Positions 1-10,568 of a DNA stretch of 64,000 bases are shown here, one piece after another. Numbering within the stretch: the stretch's first letter is position 1; each line of letters starts with the position of its first letter. This stretch comes from Isosphaeraceae bacterium (lineage in GTDB: Bacteria > Planctomycetota > Planctomycetia > Isosphaerales > Isosphaeraceae). A program made the position numbers and the translations under genes. The stretch lies in NCBI GenBank assembly GCA_031291845.1, contig JARLIH010000138.1, positions 1 through 64,000 of the forward strand, given 5' to 3'. The notes below the pieces were generated by a model. The model had not been told where the DNA came from and did no database searches. It saw only the letters and a program-made list of their open reading frames with translations.

Positions 1-543
1 CAGGCTGAACAGCGGGGCTTCGACTTTGACACCTTTGGGCACGTACAGCAACGTGCCTCCCGTCCAAAACGCACCATGAAGCGCGGAAAATGCATCGGCG
101 GACGCGGACACAGCCTGGGTTAGCAGGAACCGCTCGAGCAGCGCGGGATGCTCTTTGGCGGCCGTCGCGAGATCGATGAACACCGCGCCGCCCAGCCGCG
201 CCGGGTCGGCCGTGCGGGTCACCGCGCCGTTCACCTGTGCGATGCCCGTCGCATAGTGGGTGGCCAAGGCTTGGTAAAGAGGCTCAATCGCGGCGCTTTC
301 GGCGGCCCCGGCCGGTCCGGCCGCCGGGGGCTCGAACGCGTTCAGCTTGAACGCTCGAATGTCGGTGCGCCGCCATTCCTCGTCCCGCGCACTCGGCAAC
401 GGAGTCGCCAAGAACGTCGCGAACGCGTCCCTCCGGCGCTGCGACAGCCACGCAGGTTCAGCGCGGCCGCGCAGAAAGGCCGCTAACGTCGCTTCGGTAA
501 ACCCCTCGGTCGTGGCGGGGTTGACGGCTGTGGCGCTGCTCAT
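1..543 (-). CDS. sufD: Fe-S cluster assembly protein SufD, N-terminal part. The gene continues past the window start.
   Basis: The reverse-complement translation from the ATG at 543 reads MSSATAVNPATTEG...AFWTGGTLLYVPKGVKVEAPLFSL, a typical SufD N-terminal region. An in-frame stop lies directly upstream of that ATG. It follows sufC and sufB on the same strand. Confidence 0.75.
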   Translation of the reverse strand, partial: MSSATAVNPATTEGFTEATLAAFLRGRAEPAWLSQRRRDAFATFLATPLPSARDEEWRRTDIRAFKLNAFEPPAAGPAGAAESAAIEPLYQALATHYATGIAQVNGAVTRTADPARLGGAVFIDLATAAKEHPALLERFLLTQAVSASADAFSALHGAFWTGGTLLYVPKGVKVEAPLFSL

Positions 544-785
544 CGATGGTCCATCTCGTCAAAGTCTGATGCGGCTCTCGCTGATTTCAATCAGCGCCGG
601 CCTACGGACGGCGGCGCAGCACGTCGGCGGGGTTGGTCTTCGAGAAACGCACGACGCGGGACTTCAAGGACGCCTGCTAACGGCAATGCCCCCCGCACCT
701 CGCGGCCGGCGGAGATGCCGATACCCCGTTCGACGCCGGGTTTAGCACGACGCGGCGGGACGCTCGCGTGGCGAGTCACTGTCTG

Positions 786-2204
786 TCAACCGACCGAACC
801 TTCCATCTGAAGCTGGATGAGCTTGTTCATCTCGACGGCGTACTCCATCGGCAGCTCCTTGACGAGCGGCTCGATGAACCCGCTGACGATCATGGTCGAA
901 GCTTCCGCTTCGCTCAAGCCCCGGCTCATCAGGTAGAAGAGCTGCTCTTCACCGATCTTGGAAACGCTGGCCTCGTGGCCGATCTTGACGTCATCCTCGT
1001 CGATCTCGATGTACGGATACGTATCGGACCGGCTCTGGGAATCAAGAATCAAGGCGTCGCAGACGACGTTCGACTTCGAGCCCTTGGCCCCGTCGGCGAC
1101 CTTCAGCAGACCGCGGTAAGAGGCCCGCCCGCCGTTCTTGCTGATGCTCTTGGAGATGATCCGCGAGCTCGTGTACGGTGCGCCATGGACGACCTTGGCA
1201 CCGGCGTCCTGGTGCTGCCCCTTGCCGGCGAACGCGATGGAGAGGATCTCGCCGCGCGCCCCTTTACCCATCATGTAAACGGCGGGGTACTTCATCGTCA
1301 GCCGGCTGCCGAGGTTGCCGTCGACCCACTCCATCAAGGCGTCCTCGTAGGCAACGGCCCGCTTCGTCACGAGGTTGTAGATGTTGTTCGCCCAGTTCTG
1401 GATGGTCGTGTACCGACAGCGGCCCCCCTTCTTCACGACGATCTCGACGACCGCCGAGTGCAGGCTCTCGCTCGTGTAAATGGGAGCCGTGCAGCCTTCG
1501 ACGTAGTGGACCTGCGCCCCTTCCTCGACGATGATCAGCGTACGCTCGAACTGGCCCATGTTCTCGGCGTTGATCCGGAAGTAGGCCTGGAGCGGGATGT
1601 CAACCTTCACGCCGGCGGGGATATAAACGAACGATCCGCCCGACCAGACGGCCGAGTTCAAGGCCGCGAACTTGTTGTCGTAGATCGGGATGATGGTCCC
1701 GAAATACTCCTTCATCAAGTCCGGGTGCTCTCGCAGCGCGGTGTCCGTGTCGGTGAAGATGACCCCCTTTTTCTGGAGATCCTCTCGCAGGCTGTGGTAG
1801 ACCACCTCCGACTCGTACTGTGCGCCCACGCCCGCGATCAGGCCGCGCTTCTCGGCCTCGGGGATTCCCAGCCGGTCGTACGTCTTCTTGATGTCGGCCG
1901 GGATGTCATCCCAGGTCGCACCCTGGCGGTCGGCGGCCTTCATGTAGTAGTGGATATCGTTATAGTTCAGCTCGCCGAGCTCGCCACCCCAGGTCGGGGT
2001 GGGCTTCGACCAGAAAACGTCGAGCGCCTTCAGCCGAAGCTCACGCATCCAGCGCGGCTCGCTCTTCATCTCGGAGATCTGCTCCACAACCTCGCGGTCC
2101 AACCCCTTACGGCTCTTGAACGAGTAGTGCTCGTCGGAGTCGCGGAAGCCGTACTTGTATTCTTCCTTGATGCCTGCCACCTGGCTGCTGAGATCGGTCG
2201 ACAT
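786..2204 (-). CDS. sufB: Fe-S cluster assembly protein SufB
   Basis: ORF 786..2261, trimmed to the ATG at 2204 (MSTDLSSQ...). At about 470 aa it is SufB-sized. It lies between sufC and sufD on one strand. Confidence 0.85.
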   Translation of the reverse strand: MSTDLSSQVAGIKEEYKYGFRDSDEHYSFKSRKGLDREVVEQISEMKSEPRWMRELRLKALDVFWSKPTPTWGGELGELNYNDIHYYMKAADRQGATWDDIPADIKKTYDRLGIPEAEKRGLIAGVGAQYESEVVYHSLREDLQKKGVIFTDTDTALREHPDLMKEYFGTIIPIYDNKFAALNSAVWSGGSFVYIPAGVKVDIPLQAYFRINAENMGQFERTLIIVEEGAQVHYVEGCTAPIYTSESLHSAVVEIVVKKGGRCRYTTIQNWANNIYNLVTKRAVAYEDALMEWVDGNLGSRLTMKYPAVYMMGKGARGEILSIAFAGKGQHQDAGAKVVHGAPYTSSRIISKSISKNGGRASYRGLLKVADGAKGSKSNVVCDALILDSQSRSDTYPYIEIDEDDVKIGHEASVSKIGEEQLFYLMSRGLSEAEASTMIVSGFIEPLVKELPMEYAVEMNKLIQLQMEGSVG

Positions 2205-2232
2205 CGCGTGTGTTCCTCGCTCGGTCCGTATG

Positions 2233-3066
2233 TTAGTGCGCCAATTGCCCGGCGGTGGCATGCTGTTCCATCTCGTCCTCGTCGCGGGCGGCTTCCGGGT
2301 ACTTCTCGCGGACCCAGTCGTACCCTTCCTTCTCGAGGAGGTCGACTAGCTCCGCTCCGCCGCTTTCAACGATGCGGCCGCCGAAGAGGATGTGGACGAA
2401 ACCCGGCTTGATGTAGTCGAGGATCCGCTTGTAGTGCGTGATCACCAGCACCCCGGTCGCAACCCGCGCCGCGACCTTGTTGACCCCCTCGGCCACGATT
2501 CGAACCGCGTCGATATCGAGGCCGCTGTCGGTCTCATCGAGAATCGCGAAGGCCGGCTGAAGCATCGCGAGCTGAAGGACTTCCGCCCGTTTCTTTTCGC
2601 CCCCTGAAAACCCCTCGTTCAGGTACCGGCGGGCGAACTCGGGGTCCATGCCGAGCTCGTCCATGCGCTCCCGGATCTCCTTCCGGAACTCGCGCATGGA
2701 GACGAGGTCTTCCCCTTCCTTGCGCTCCGGGTTGCGGACGTTGGATACCGCATGCCGGAGAAAGTTGGCGACGGTCACCCCCGGAATCGAAGTCGGGTAC
2801 TGAAATGCCAAGAAGAGCCCGGCCTTGGCGCGCTCGTCGGCCTCCAGCTCGAGCAGTTCCCGCCCGTCGAGCGTCACCGAACCGTCGCTGACTTCGTAGT
2901 TCGGGTGCCCCATCAGGGCGTAGCTCAGCGTGCTCTTGCCCGAGCCGTTCGGTCCCATGAGCGCGTGGACTTCACCCTGCTTGATCGTCAGGTTGACCCC
3001 TTTGAGGATCTCTTTACCGTTGATCGAGACGTGCAGGTTATCGATCTTCAAAACCTTGCTGCTCAT
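2233..3066 (-). CDS. sufC: Fe-S cluster assembly ATPase SufC
   Basis: ORF 2233..3192, trimmed to [13 protein letters not shown]. It has the Walker A motif GPNGSGKST and an LSGGE-like signature (FSGGEKKR). This is the ABC-type ATPase of the SUF system. Confidence 0.9.
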   Translation of the reverse strand: MSSKVLKIDNLHVSINGKEILKGVNLTIKQGEVHALMGPNGSGKSTLSYALMGHPNYEVSDGSVTLDGRELLELEADERAKAGLFLAFQYPTSIPGVTVANFLRHAVSNVRNPERKEGEDLVSMREFRKEIRERMDELGMDPEFARRYLNEGFSGGEKKRAEVLQLAMLQPAFAILDETDSGLDIDAVRIVAEGVNKVAARVATGVLVITHYKRILDYIKPGFVHILFGGRIVESGGAELVDLLEKEGYDWVREKYPEAARDEDEMEQHATAGQLAH

Positions 3067-3211
3067 CAGTCTCCTGCCCTGTCGAATCGGGATCGATATA
3101 TCCTCTTGGGATTTCGCAAGCGAAACCCACGGTCCGCCATCGTGATTTGTTGACCCAACTAAGCGGCGTCCGCGACGGCTGCCGCTCCGCACCCACCAGA
3201 CACGGCCGTTC

Positions 3212-3853
3212 TCATGCTACCGAGGGTGGAACCAACGGCTTCGCTTCGAAGTCGCAGGAGTGGTGTCCGTCAAGGCGGCACTGGCTCAGCCTTAGGCCGC
3301 GCCCGAGCACCTTCTCGAACATCTTCCGCTCCATGGCGCAGACCGCCCTATCAACCTCGGCCAGCTCATAATAGGGGCACGTGTGCTGGCGAAGGACCGG
3401 CATCATGCCCACGCTCCCCCGCGTCACCTCGGCCTCGATCCCACGGTCATGCAGGATCGTGCCGAGCTGAAACAGCCGCCCTTCCCACTCATCCCCCTGG
3501 ACCTGAGCACGATACAACTCCGCCAGGCGATCCGTAATCCTCTGGAACAGCATCCGACGCAGTTTTCGGTCCTCGACCGACCGCATCATCTCGTCCCAGA
3601 GCACCACCGCCAAGTCCGCGTAATTCTGGCCCAGCCTCTTGTGCGCTTCCACGCTGGCCTGATACGTATATTTGGGCCGGCCACGGCCGCCGTGCTCGGC
3701 CCGCCGCTCGACCATTCCCGAGCCGACGAGTCTACCGAGCCGGTTCCGCACGGCCGTCGCCGTCACGCCAGTGCGACTCGTCAACTCGGCTAGCGATAAA
3801 GGACCGTCGCGTCGGATGAGGTCCAGCAACACGCGGTCCGACGACTCGGTCAT
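3212..3853 (-). CDS. sufR: SufR-like transcriptional regulator: an N-terminal winged HTH plus a C-terminal Cys cluster of the kind that ligands an Fe-S centre
   Basis: ORF 3212..3946, trimmed to MTESSDRVLLDLIRRDGPLSLAELT. That N-terminal stretch is a DeoR/ArsR-type HTH. The C-terminus has C-x12-C-x19-C-x7-C (CPYYELAEVDRAVC...C...C). It sits directly upstream of sufCBD and is co-oriented with it. Confidence 0.7.
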   Translation of the reverse strand: MTESSDRVLLDLIRRDGPLSLAELTSRTGVTATAVRNRLGRLVGSGMVERRAEHGGRGRPKYTYQASVEAHKRLGQNYADLAVVLWDEMMRSVEDRKLRRMLFQRITDRLAELYRAQVQGDEWEGRLFQLGTILHDRGIEAEVTRGSVGMMPVLRQHTCPYYELAEVDRAVCAMERKMFEKVLGRGLRLSQCRLDGHHSCDFEAKPLVPPSVA

Positions 3854-3938
3854 TGAACAAGCTCCGCTGAAGCTGCCAACAACAACGATTCCTATTGTAT
3901 GGAAGGCCGCTCTGGCCGTCCATGCGCACGAGCCGACT

Positions 3939-3960
3939 TTTCGCACATTTTTTTGCGAAA
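3939..3960. promoter_or_regulatory. Perfect inverted repeat TTTCGCA-N8-TGCGAAA in the divergent sufR / DUF1501 intergenic region. It is a candidate operator.
   Basis: 7-bp arms with an 8-nt T-rich spacer, seen directly in the sequence, about 85 nt upstream of the sufR start codon. Confidence 0.4.
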
Positions 3961-4091
3961 TGTCTCTCGCGGTCGTACAGGCGCTACGGCTAAGAGCTAG
4001 CGTTGGTCGCCGTGCCGGGGTATATTGTTAAAGGTTTGTCGATCACGCGCGTGAACCGCGGCTTGTTGGGAACATTGGAGGACCAGGGCCG

Positions 4092-5429
4092 ATGCTCACG
4101 ATTCGGGGGAAGGCTCGTGGCCGTTTCTGTGACGGAGTGACCCGCCGCGATTTCCTGAGGCTCGGGGGGCTCGCGCTCGGGGGGCTATCGCTCCCGAGGT
4201 TGCTCGAAGCGGAAGCCCGCGCGGCGGCTGGGACGTCTCAGAAGGCGGTCATCATGGTTTTTCTGGCGGGCGGGCCGCCGCACCAGGACATGTTCGACCT
4301 CAAACCCGAAGCGCCCGCGGAGATTCGCGGAGAATTCAAGCCGATCGGCACGAACGTGCCCGGCATCGAGATTTGCGAGTTGATGCCAAGGCTAGCGTCG
4401 ATGATGGACAAGCTGGCCATCATTCGCACGATCGTCGGCGCGCAGGGCGAACACGCGGCGGTGCAATGCCTGACCGGTTACCCGGAAGGGGTTAGCCGGC
4501 AGCAGGGGGGCCGGCCCAGTCTGGGAGCGATCCTGTCGCGGATCGAAGGGCCGGTCAGTCCGGCCATTCCGCCTTTCGTCGGGCTTTCGCCCAGGATGGG
4601 GCACGCCCCTTGGGCCGACAACGGCGCACCGGGCTACCTCGGCATCAAGCATGCCCCCTTCACGCCCAATGGCGCGGACGTATCGAGCCTGACCCTGCAA
4701 GGGATCAGCCTGGACCGGCTCGGCGACCGCAAGGGGCTGTTACGGCGCTTTGACACCATCCGCCGGGAGGTCGACGCGAACGGCGCCCTCGAGGGGATGG
4801 ACGCCTTCACGCACCAGGCCTTCGAGATCATCACGTCGAGCAAGTTGGTGGAAGCCCTCGACGTGACTCGCGAAGACCCCAAGCTCCGCGCCAAGTACGG
4901 TTACGGCGACATGAAGAACGTGGACGATGGCGGTCCGTGCTGCATGGACCACTTCCTCGTCGCGCGCCGACTGGTCGAGGCCGGAGCCCGTTGCGTCACC
5001 ATCGGCTTCGGCCGATGGGACTACCACGACCGCAACTTCATCCAATGTCGGGAACGGCTGCCCAAGCTCGACGCCGGCCTCAGCGCCCTGGTCGAAGACC
5101 TGCACGTTCGGGGTCTGGATAAGGACGTCTCCGTCGTGGTATGGGGTGAGTTCGGCCGTACCCCCAAAATCAACCCGCAGGGCGGCCGCGATCACTGGCC
5201 CCCCGTCTCGTGTGCGCTACTGGCGGGCGGGGGCATGAGAACGGGTCAGGTGATCGGCCAGACCAACCGGCTGGGTGAGGTGCCCAAGGATCGGCCGGTG
5301 ACGTTCCAGCAGGTTTTCGCCACGCTCTATCGGAACCTGGGAATCAGCCCCACGACCACCGTTCCCAACCACTTCGGCCGACCGATGTACTTGCTCGACG
5401 ACTTTGAGCCGCTACCCGAGTTGATCTGA
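4092..5429 (+). CDS. DUF1501 family protein (sulfatase-like fold) with a twin-arginine signal
   Basis: The N-terminus has [18 protein letters not shown], a Tat motif. A GGAGG Shine-Dalgarno site lies 9 nt upstream. The overall composition is typical of planctomycete DUF1501 proteins. Confidence 0.85.
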   Translation: MLTIRGKARGRFCDGVTRRDFLRLGGLALGGLSLPRLLEAEARAAAGTSQKAVIMVFLAGGPPHQDMFDLKPEAPAEIRGEFKPIGTNVPGIEICELMPRLASMMDKLAIIRTIVGAQGEHAAVQCLTGYPEGVSRQQGGRPSLGAILSRIEGPVSPAIPPFVGLSPRMGHAPWADNGAPGYLGIKHAPFTPNGADVSSLTLQGISLDRLGDRKGLLRRFDTIRREVDANGALEGMDAFTHQAFEIITSSKLVEALDVTREDPKLRAKYGYGDMKNVDDGGPCCMDHFLVARRLVEAGARCVTIGFGRWDYHDRNFIQCRERLPKLDAGLSALVEDLHVRGLDKDVSVVVWGEFGRTPKINPQGGRDHWPPVSCALLAGGGMRTGQVIGQTNRLGEVPKDRPVTFQQVFATLYRNLGISPTTTVPNHFGRPMYLLDDFEPLPELI

Positions 5430-5461
5430 AACAGACAAGGCGAAAACAAGCGGAATGGCCG

Positions 5462-5499
5462 AGGCCCCCAAAGGAGCCTCGGCCATTCCGGATAGAGCG
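5462..5499. terminator. Perfect 14-bp stem-loop GGAATGGCCGAGGC-N10-GCCTCGGCCATTCC between convergent genes
   Basis: Inverted repeat seen directly in the sequence. It is 33 nt after the DUF1501 stop and downstream of the minus-strand small ORF. It could terminate in both directions. No U-tract follows it. Confidence 0.55.
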
Positions 5500-5570
5500 A
5501 TCGGGGACTGCTGAGCAACTGCGCTTTGGTTGGAGTCGTTCCCACGAACCGGAGCACAGCTCGTTCGCGA

Positions 5571-5713
5571 TTACAGACCCTGCCCGCCGAGATGCTTATG
5601 TTTCAGTGGGTTGCGAACTCCGTTACGCTTGGGACGCCGTCCCTTCGCGATCGGTGAGGAGTTCGCGCGCTTCCGCCACTTATGGCTCTTACGGTTCTTC
5701 GTCTTGGTCTTCA
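5571..5713 (-). CDS. Hypothetical small, highly basic protein of 47 aa (MKTKTKNRKSHKWRKRANSSPIAKGRRPKRNGVRNPLKHKHLGGQGL)
   Basis: Short ORF with GC-rich third codon positions. It lies downstream of the flotillin-like gene on the same strand and ahead of the hairpin. I recognise no homolog, so it could be a spurious ORF. Confidence 0.3.
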
Positions 5714-5859
5714 TGGCCCAGCAACCCCAGTCTACGGCGAATGCCGATCGTCGTTTAGGTGAATTAGTATGCGGCTTGCCCACCCGAAATTCAAGGGCAA
5801 CCGGTTTCATCCACGACGCCAGCGCCCGCGGGGCGACGACGGAACCGACCATGCGGCGC

Positions 5860-8033
5860 TCAGTGGGGCCCGTTGGTCCCACTGTTCGCTGCCACCAATA
5901 CCGGTTCGCTCCCAAGCTGACCCTCGGCCGGCTCGGCTTTGGGTTCCACGGCTTGCTGCATTGAATCCATCGCGTGCTTGGCCATACGGTCCGCGAACTC
6001 CTGGAGCGTGGAGTTCGCCCCGGTGCTCGAGAGCTCGAAACCCGACTTCTCCGCGACCAGGAGGTTGATCAGGAGCCCCAGCAGGCCGGAGCCCGCGGCC
6101 GTGCCATTGCCGTCGGCGAGGCTGCCGTTTCCTCCCGCCATGAAGACGCGCTCGGGCACCAGCGGCTGCTCGCTATGCGCAAGTTCCTGGGCGACCATCG
6201 ACAGGGCATAGAGCCGAGGGTCCGAGAACGACTGGATCTTGCGCAGCAACACCGACGCCTCGGAAAGCCCGACCTGGAGCAGTCGCGAACCCTCGCCGCG
6301 CCCCGCAAGAACCCGTTGCTGGCTCTCGGCCTGGGCGGTCACGACGAGTTGCTCAGCCTGCTTTCGGGCCCGAGCCAGCGATGCTTCGCCCTCGTTCTCG
6401 GCGATGCGCACCTGCACGAGCGAGTTCGTCAGCGAGGTTTGCATGGCGGCCTGAGCCTGGGCCTCGTTCAACACCCGCAGTTTATCCGACGCCGCCACCT
6501 GGCGCTCGTAGGTCTCGATCTGCTCGATCGAGAGCTGACGCAGTCGCAACTGCTCGAGCAGCGTCTCGATCTTGCCGCCGGCCTCGGCCGTGTCGGGCTT
6601 GCCGATCAGCACGTCGACGCACTCGATGTCAAACTCGTGGAACTTCCGGCGCAGCTCTTCGCGTGCCTCGTTTTGGATCTCGTCGCGCTCGTGCAAAAGC
6701 TGGAGCATCGTCTTTTTGTGTGCGACGTCCCGGAAGTAAGCGCTCAGCATCGGGTCGAGCGTCTGGGTGATCAGCTTCTTCACGTCGCCGAATCGCTGGA
6801 TGACGCTCGGCGCCTTTTGATAGTCGATGTGCACGACCACCGAAAGGGGCAGGAGCGGCTCGTACGCATCCTTGGTGACGAGGTCGATCGACCGAAGGCT
6901 CTCGTCGTAACGGTGCGTTTCGGTCCGGCCCGTGACCCAGTGCAGCACGAAGTTCGTGGTTGGCACGAGGATGATGTTGCCGGCGTACGTGTTGAACGGG
7001 TACTTGCCCGGGCCGAGCGGGCGTTCCCAAACGCCGCGCTCTCCCTCGGCAACGCGCTCGCCGTGGCGGAACTTATCGCCGGAGAGGTCGTGGCCGGTCC
7101 GCCCCACGTAACTGACGACCACGCCCACGTAGCCGATCGGCACGACCGTCTTCGGAATCGACTCGACGGTCGCAAACCAACGGTTGATGAAGTACGTTCC
7201 GTTGGTCAGCGGAACGTACTGCAAGCCGCGACGGCCGCCGGCGAGCAGGAACGCCTCGGTGTCCTGGTAGTTGTTATGGTAGAACTTCTCCGCGCGGTCG
7301 GTGCCGACCGCAGGCGCAATGATCTCGCCCGGACCGAGCGACGGGCCGTCCATCACCGTGACGATGCCGATGCTGTCGACCAGCATCACCTTGCCGGGCG
7401 CGAACGGGTCGGGAGCCTCGACGGGGCCGCCGATCACGACCGGCAGGAACCCGGACTCGTGGTTGAGTTCCGCCTGCCAGCTCACCAGCGTCTTCAACTC
7501 GCGTTGCCCGCCGACGTCAAGCCGGTACACGGCGTCGTCGGTGATCACGACGAAGAGCGCCAGGTTGATGGCATAGACGCCCTCGCGAAGAATCGCACGT
7601 TGGCGACCCCGCTGGCCGATCACCGGCTCCTGCTCCGGACCCTGAGCCTTGCCCAGCAGGTACGCCCGCGCGTCCTGGAAATTGTTGCAGTCGACGACCG
7701 TTCCGAGTGTCTGGCTGGGCGGCAGTGGCTCACCGTCCCTGGCGTAGACGTAGCCGATTTTTCCCTGGGGCACCGTCACCAGCGGCACGCGGTGGATCTT
7801 GAACTGCCAGCGCCACAGCCCGAAATGCAGCCCCCCACGCAAGAGGTCGGCCTGCAAACCGGCCTCGCCGTTCAAAGCGATAATGCGCCCGTCGGTCACC
7901 GAGCCCTTCGGAGACCAGAGCTTCTCCACGATGCCGACGCGGTTATTGGAGATGTAACGCATCCCCAAAACCTCGCAGAGGACGATCACCCCAACCACGA
8001 ATGCGATCAACCAGAACACGCCCGACGCCATCC
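5860..8033 (-). CDS. Flotillin / band-7 (SPFH) domain membrane protein, YqiK-like
   Basis: ORF 5860..8130. The start was chosen at MASGVFWLIAFVVGVIVL, an N-terminal transmembrane helix. It carries an SPFH domain and a long coiled-coil, Ala/Gln-rich C-terminal half (EQLRLRQLSIEQIETYERQ...). The start is uncertain and could be 8130. Confidence 0.75.
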
Positions 8034-8368
8034 CCGGCGCTGTTTGAGCCCACAGGGAGAGCAGGGACCCCGTCACCGGAAGACCCACGTTGAAACTCCT
8101 TTGCTGAATGAAGGCGGCGGTCCGGACCAAGCCGATTCTTGGGTTGAAGCCGGTCCCACATCGTTGACCTGGATGACCCAGGCGGGAGCGGATCGTTCGC
8201 CCGCTCGCACTTCCCAGGGTATTCGTGCTCCCGGTGGGTTATTGGAGAAAACCACAACGGGTCAGGTGTGTTACAGATTGAGGACATGTTGGGATGGAAC
8301 CTTGAAGTCGGGAGGCTTCCCACCACCACGAAGGACAGCGAGTGATCGCCCGTACTCGAACGCGGCTG

Positions 8369-8398
8369 TTGACGGGGGACGCGAGGCGTTTCTAAGAT
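8369..8398 (+). promoter_or_regulatory. Candidate sigma70-like promoter, TTGACG-18 nt-TAAGAT, just upstream of the CYTH gene
   Basis: Seen in the sequence. The -10 element ends about 8 nt before the ATG at 8406, which would give a near-leaderless transcript. Confidence 0.3.
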
Positions 8399-8405
8399 TT
8401 TCGTC

Positions 8406-9011
8406 ATGGGCTACGAGGTCGAGCTGAAATTCCGCGCGGTGGAGCACGCTGAACTCGCGAAGCGGTTAGCGGAACTGGGGGCCAGCGCCGAGCCGCCGGT
8501 CGCACAGGAAGACCTGTACCTGGCCCATCCGTGCCGTGACTTCGCCCAGACGAATGAGGCGTTCCGGATCCGGCGGGTCGGCCACGACAATTTCGTCACC
8601 TATAAGGGCCCAAAACACCCGGGAGCGACGAAAACCCGGGAAGAAATCGAAATCCCCGTCTTGGCGTCCGAAGAGGGCTTCGCCAGAGTCCGTGTGCTGT
8701 TGGAAAGGCTTGGCTTCTCGCCGGTTGCGACCATCCGGAAAGTGCGGACGACGTTCCGGCTTGAGTATGCGGGGCGTTCGTTGGAAGTGGCGCTTGATGC
8801 CGCGGAGCAAATCGGCGATTTCGCCGAGGTCGAGACCCTCGCTGCCAGCCAGGAAGACTTGCCGCACGCCCAGGATGCGGTTCTCGAGTGTGCGAAGGCT
8901 TTGGGTCTCAACCAGGTCGAGCCGCGTTCTTACCTGCGAATGGCGCTCGAGCGGGCTGACGCAGCGCCTCATTCTCATCCCGCCATGGCAACGTCCCTCC
9001 CTGATCGATAG
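8406..9011 (+). CDS. CYTH-domain protein (triphosphate tunnel metalloenzyme; class IV adenylyl cyclase / thiamine-triphosphatase-like)
   Basis: N-terminal EVELKFR, the ExExK signature of CYTH domains. About 200 aa. Confidence 0.75.
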   Translation: MGYEVELKFRAVEHAELAKRLAELGASAEPPVAQEDLYLAHPCRDFAQTNEAFRIRRVGHDNFVTYKGPKHPGATKTREEIEIPVLASEEGFARVRVLLERLGFSPVATIRKVRTTFRLEYAGRSLEVALDAAEQIGDFAEVETLAASQEDLPHAQDAVLECAKALGLNQVEPRSYLRMALERADAAPHSHPAMATSLPDR

Positions 9012-9044
9012 CGGAGCGAGCTCGGGCAGCGCGGGCCGAGGTCG

Positions 9045-10073
9045 TTGACTTTCGCCCTTTTCGTGCGGCCGTCTCTCGGAACCCGACTGGCCAGACTTGA
9101 GGCGATCTGGTATGAACTCGCCCGACCGGGGAACGGAGTCCCGCGGGTCTCATGTCTTGTCGGTGACACGTCCGAGGAGATTCGCGCGATGGATCGCCAC
9201 CGCTTCGTCCCCTCAACGGAAGCGCTCGATCAGCGCACTCTATTGAGTAGTACCGGGCTCTTCGGGCAGTCGGGTTCGTCGTCGACCTTGACCGGTTCGT
9301 CGGCCAGCACGCACACACCGGACACGTTTAACCAGAAGCTGCTGCGTATCGAGCGAATTCCTTATTACCTCGATAACCTCCAGTCCAAGCGATTTCTGTC
9401 CCCAGCAACGCTCCAATCTCTCCAGACTGACATCTTGGCCGTGGCGGCCGACCTTCACCCCGCCCCGCCTCCGGTGCTGCGGGCATTTAACCTGCAAATC
9501 CGCAAGATGCTGCCCAAGGTCAGTCTAAGCCCCCAAGACGTCGCGAAAGTGAACAACCTGTTCGGGCTTGTCATCCGTTCGGAAGGCGCAACCGAGCAGC
9601 AGGTTGCGAACCTTCAGAAGGACATGCTCTCCATTGCCAAGGCGGATGCCGCCAGTCCGAACTCGGTCTATCTGGCCACGAACGACTATTCGATCATGGT
9701 CCAAGGTGTGTCGATCATCGGCCGCCCGATCGAAACTCCGGCCAATCCGGTCCTGGCGTTGGGGAGTGGTGTTCGTTTGAAGACGGCTGGGTTCGGCGGG
9801 ACGCGCGACCCGCTGCCGACATTCGTCGGCACCTACCGGACCGGGTCCAAGGTCGATCCCGGTACGCGTGTCGAAATCTCGACCCTGAAGGGTGAGGTCC
9901 TCGGCTCGGGCACTGTGATCCTCGGCGGGCAGGACGCGGGCCACTACCGCTTCACGCTCGATCAGCCGCTACAGCCGGGCATCAACTGGCTCCGGATCCG
10001 CGCAGTCGATGCGGAAGGGCACCTGAGCACCGGGAGCTCGGTCTTCGCGGTCAAGCTGGTCACCAGCCGCTAG
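9045..10073 (+). CDS. Hypothetical protein whose C-terminal part may be Ig-like
   Basis: Long ORF with a TTG start at 9045. An alternative ATG at 9189 (MDRHRFVPSTE) is equally plausible. I recognise no conserved domain. Confidence 0.45.
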   Translation: MTFALFVRPSLGTRLARLEAIWYELARPGNGVPRVSCLVGDTSEEIRAMDRHRFVPSTEALDQRTLLSSTGLFGQSGSSSTLTGSSASTHTPDTFNQKLLRIERIPYYLDNLQSKRFLSPATLQSLQTDILAVAADLHPAPPPVLRAFNLQIRKMLPKVSLSPQDVAKVNNLFGLVIRSEGATEQQVANLQKDMLSIAKADAASPNSVYLATNDYSIMVQGVSIIGRPIETPANPVLALGSGVRLKTAGFGGTRDPLPTFVGTYRTGSKVDPGTRVEISTLKGEVLGSGTVILGGQDAGHYRFTLDQPLQPGINWLRIRAVDAEGHLSTGSSVFAVKLVTSR

Positions 10074-10170
10074 GGTTTGACCCAGCCTGACGGCCGAGGC
10101 CGTACCGAGCGCGACCCGTGCTGGACCCATCAAGATCCGGCTCTGACCGTGCTCACGCGGCCGCGCGGGC

Positions 10171-10199
10171 TTGACTCAATCGGGGTAAGCCCTTAAATT
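10171..10199 (+). promoter_or_regulatory. Candidate promoter TTGACT-17 nt-TAAATT upstream of rpsR
   Basis: -35 and -10 hexamers with 16-17 nt spacing, seen in the sequence. They lie about 90 nt before the rpsR ATG. The leader contains a CGCGTG...CACGCG hairpin. Confidence 0.4.
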
Positions 10200-10289
10200 T
10201 GTGGTTTCTTCCCGTTTCAGGGCCCCGCGTGAGGACGGCGTTTTTCCCACGCGGTGAGGCGTCGTATTTCGTCCGAGGACACCAGGTTC

Positions 10290-10532
10290 ATGCCGCGGAA
10301 ACGTTTTGGTCGCAACCGTAAGAACCGCTGCCGGTTCTGCACTCCCGAGGGATGCCCTCGTCCGGCGTACGTCGATTACAAGGACGTCGGCCTGCTCAAG
10401 AAGCTCTGCACCAACCAGAGCAAGATGTTTTCCCGCAAGCGGAGCGGCAACTGCGCGGCGTTCCAGCGGGCGGCCAGCGACGCGATCAAGCGCGCCCGGT
10501 TCATGGCCCTCATTCCGTACGTCGGCGAGTGA
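10290..10532 (+). CDS. rpsR: 30S ribosomal protein S18
   Basis: MPRKRFGRNRKNRCRFCTPEG...YVDYKDVGLLKKL...SRKRSGNCAAFQRAASDAIKRARFMALIPY matches the S18 family. The ORF was trimmed to the ATG at 10290. Confidence 0.85.
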   Translation: MPRKRFGRNRKNRCRFCTPEGCPRPAYVDYKDVGLLKKLCTNQSKMFSRKRSGNCAAFQRAASDAIKRARFMALIPYVGE

Positions 10533-10568
10533 TTCCGGTCCGCTGCGCCGGAAGCATCCATAAGGCGG

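Noticed and set aside
768-2411. 547-aa plus-strand ORF
   Set aside because: It is exactly antisense to sufB. Its translation is Arg/Leu/Val-rich low-complexity, typical of the GC-rich antisense frame.
5974-8427. 817-aa plus-strand ORF
   Set aside because: Antisense shadow of the flotillin-like gene. It has no motifs and an extreme Arg/Leu content.
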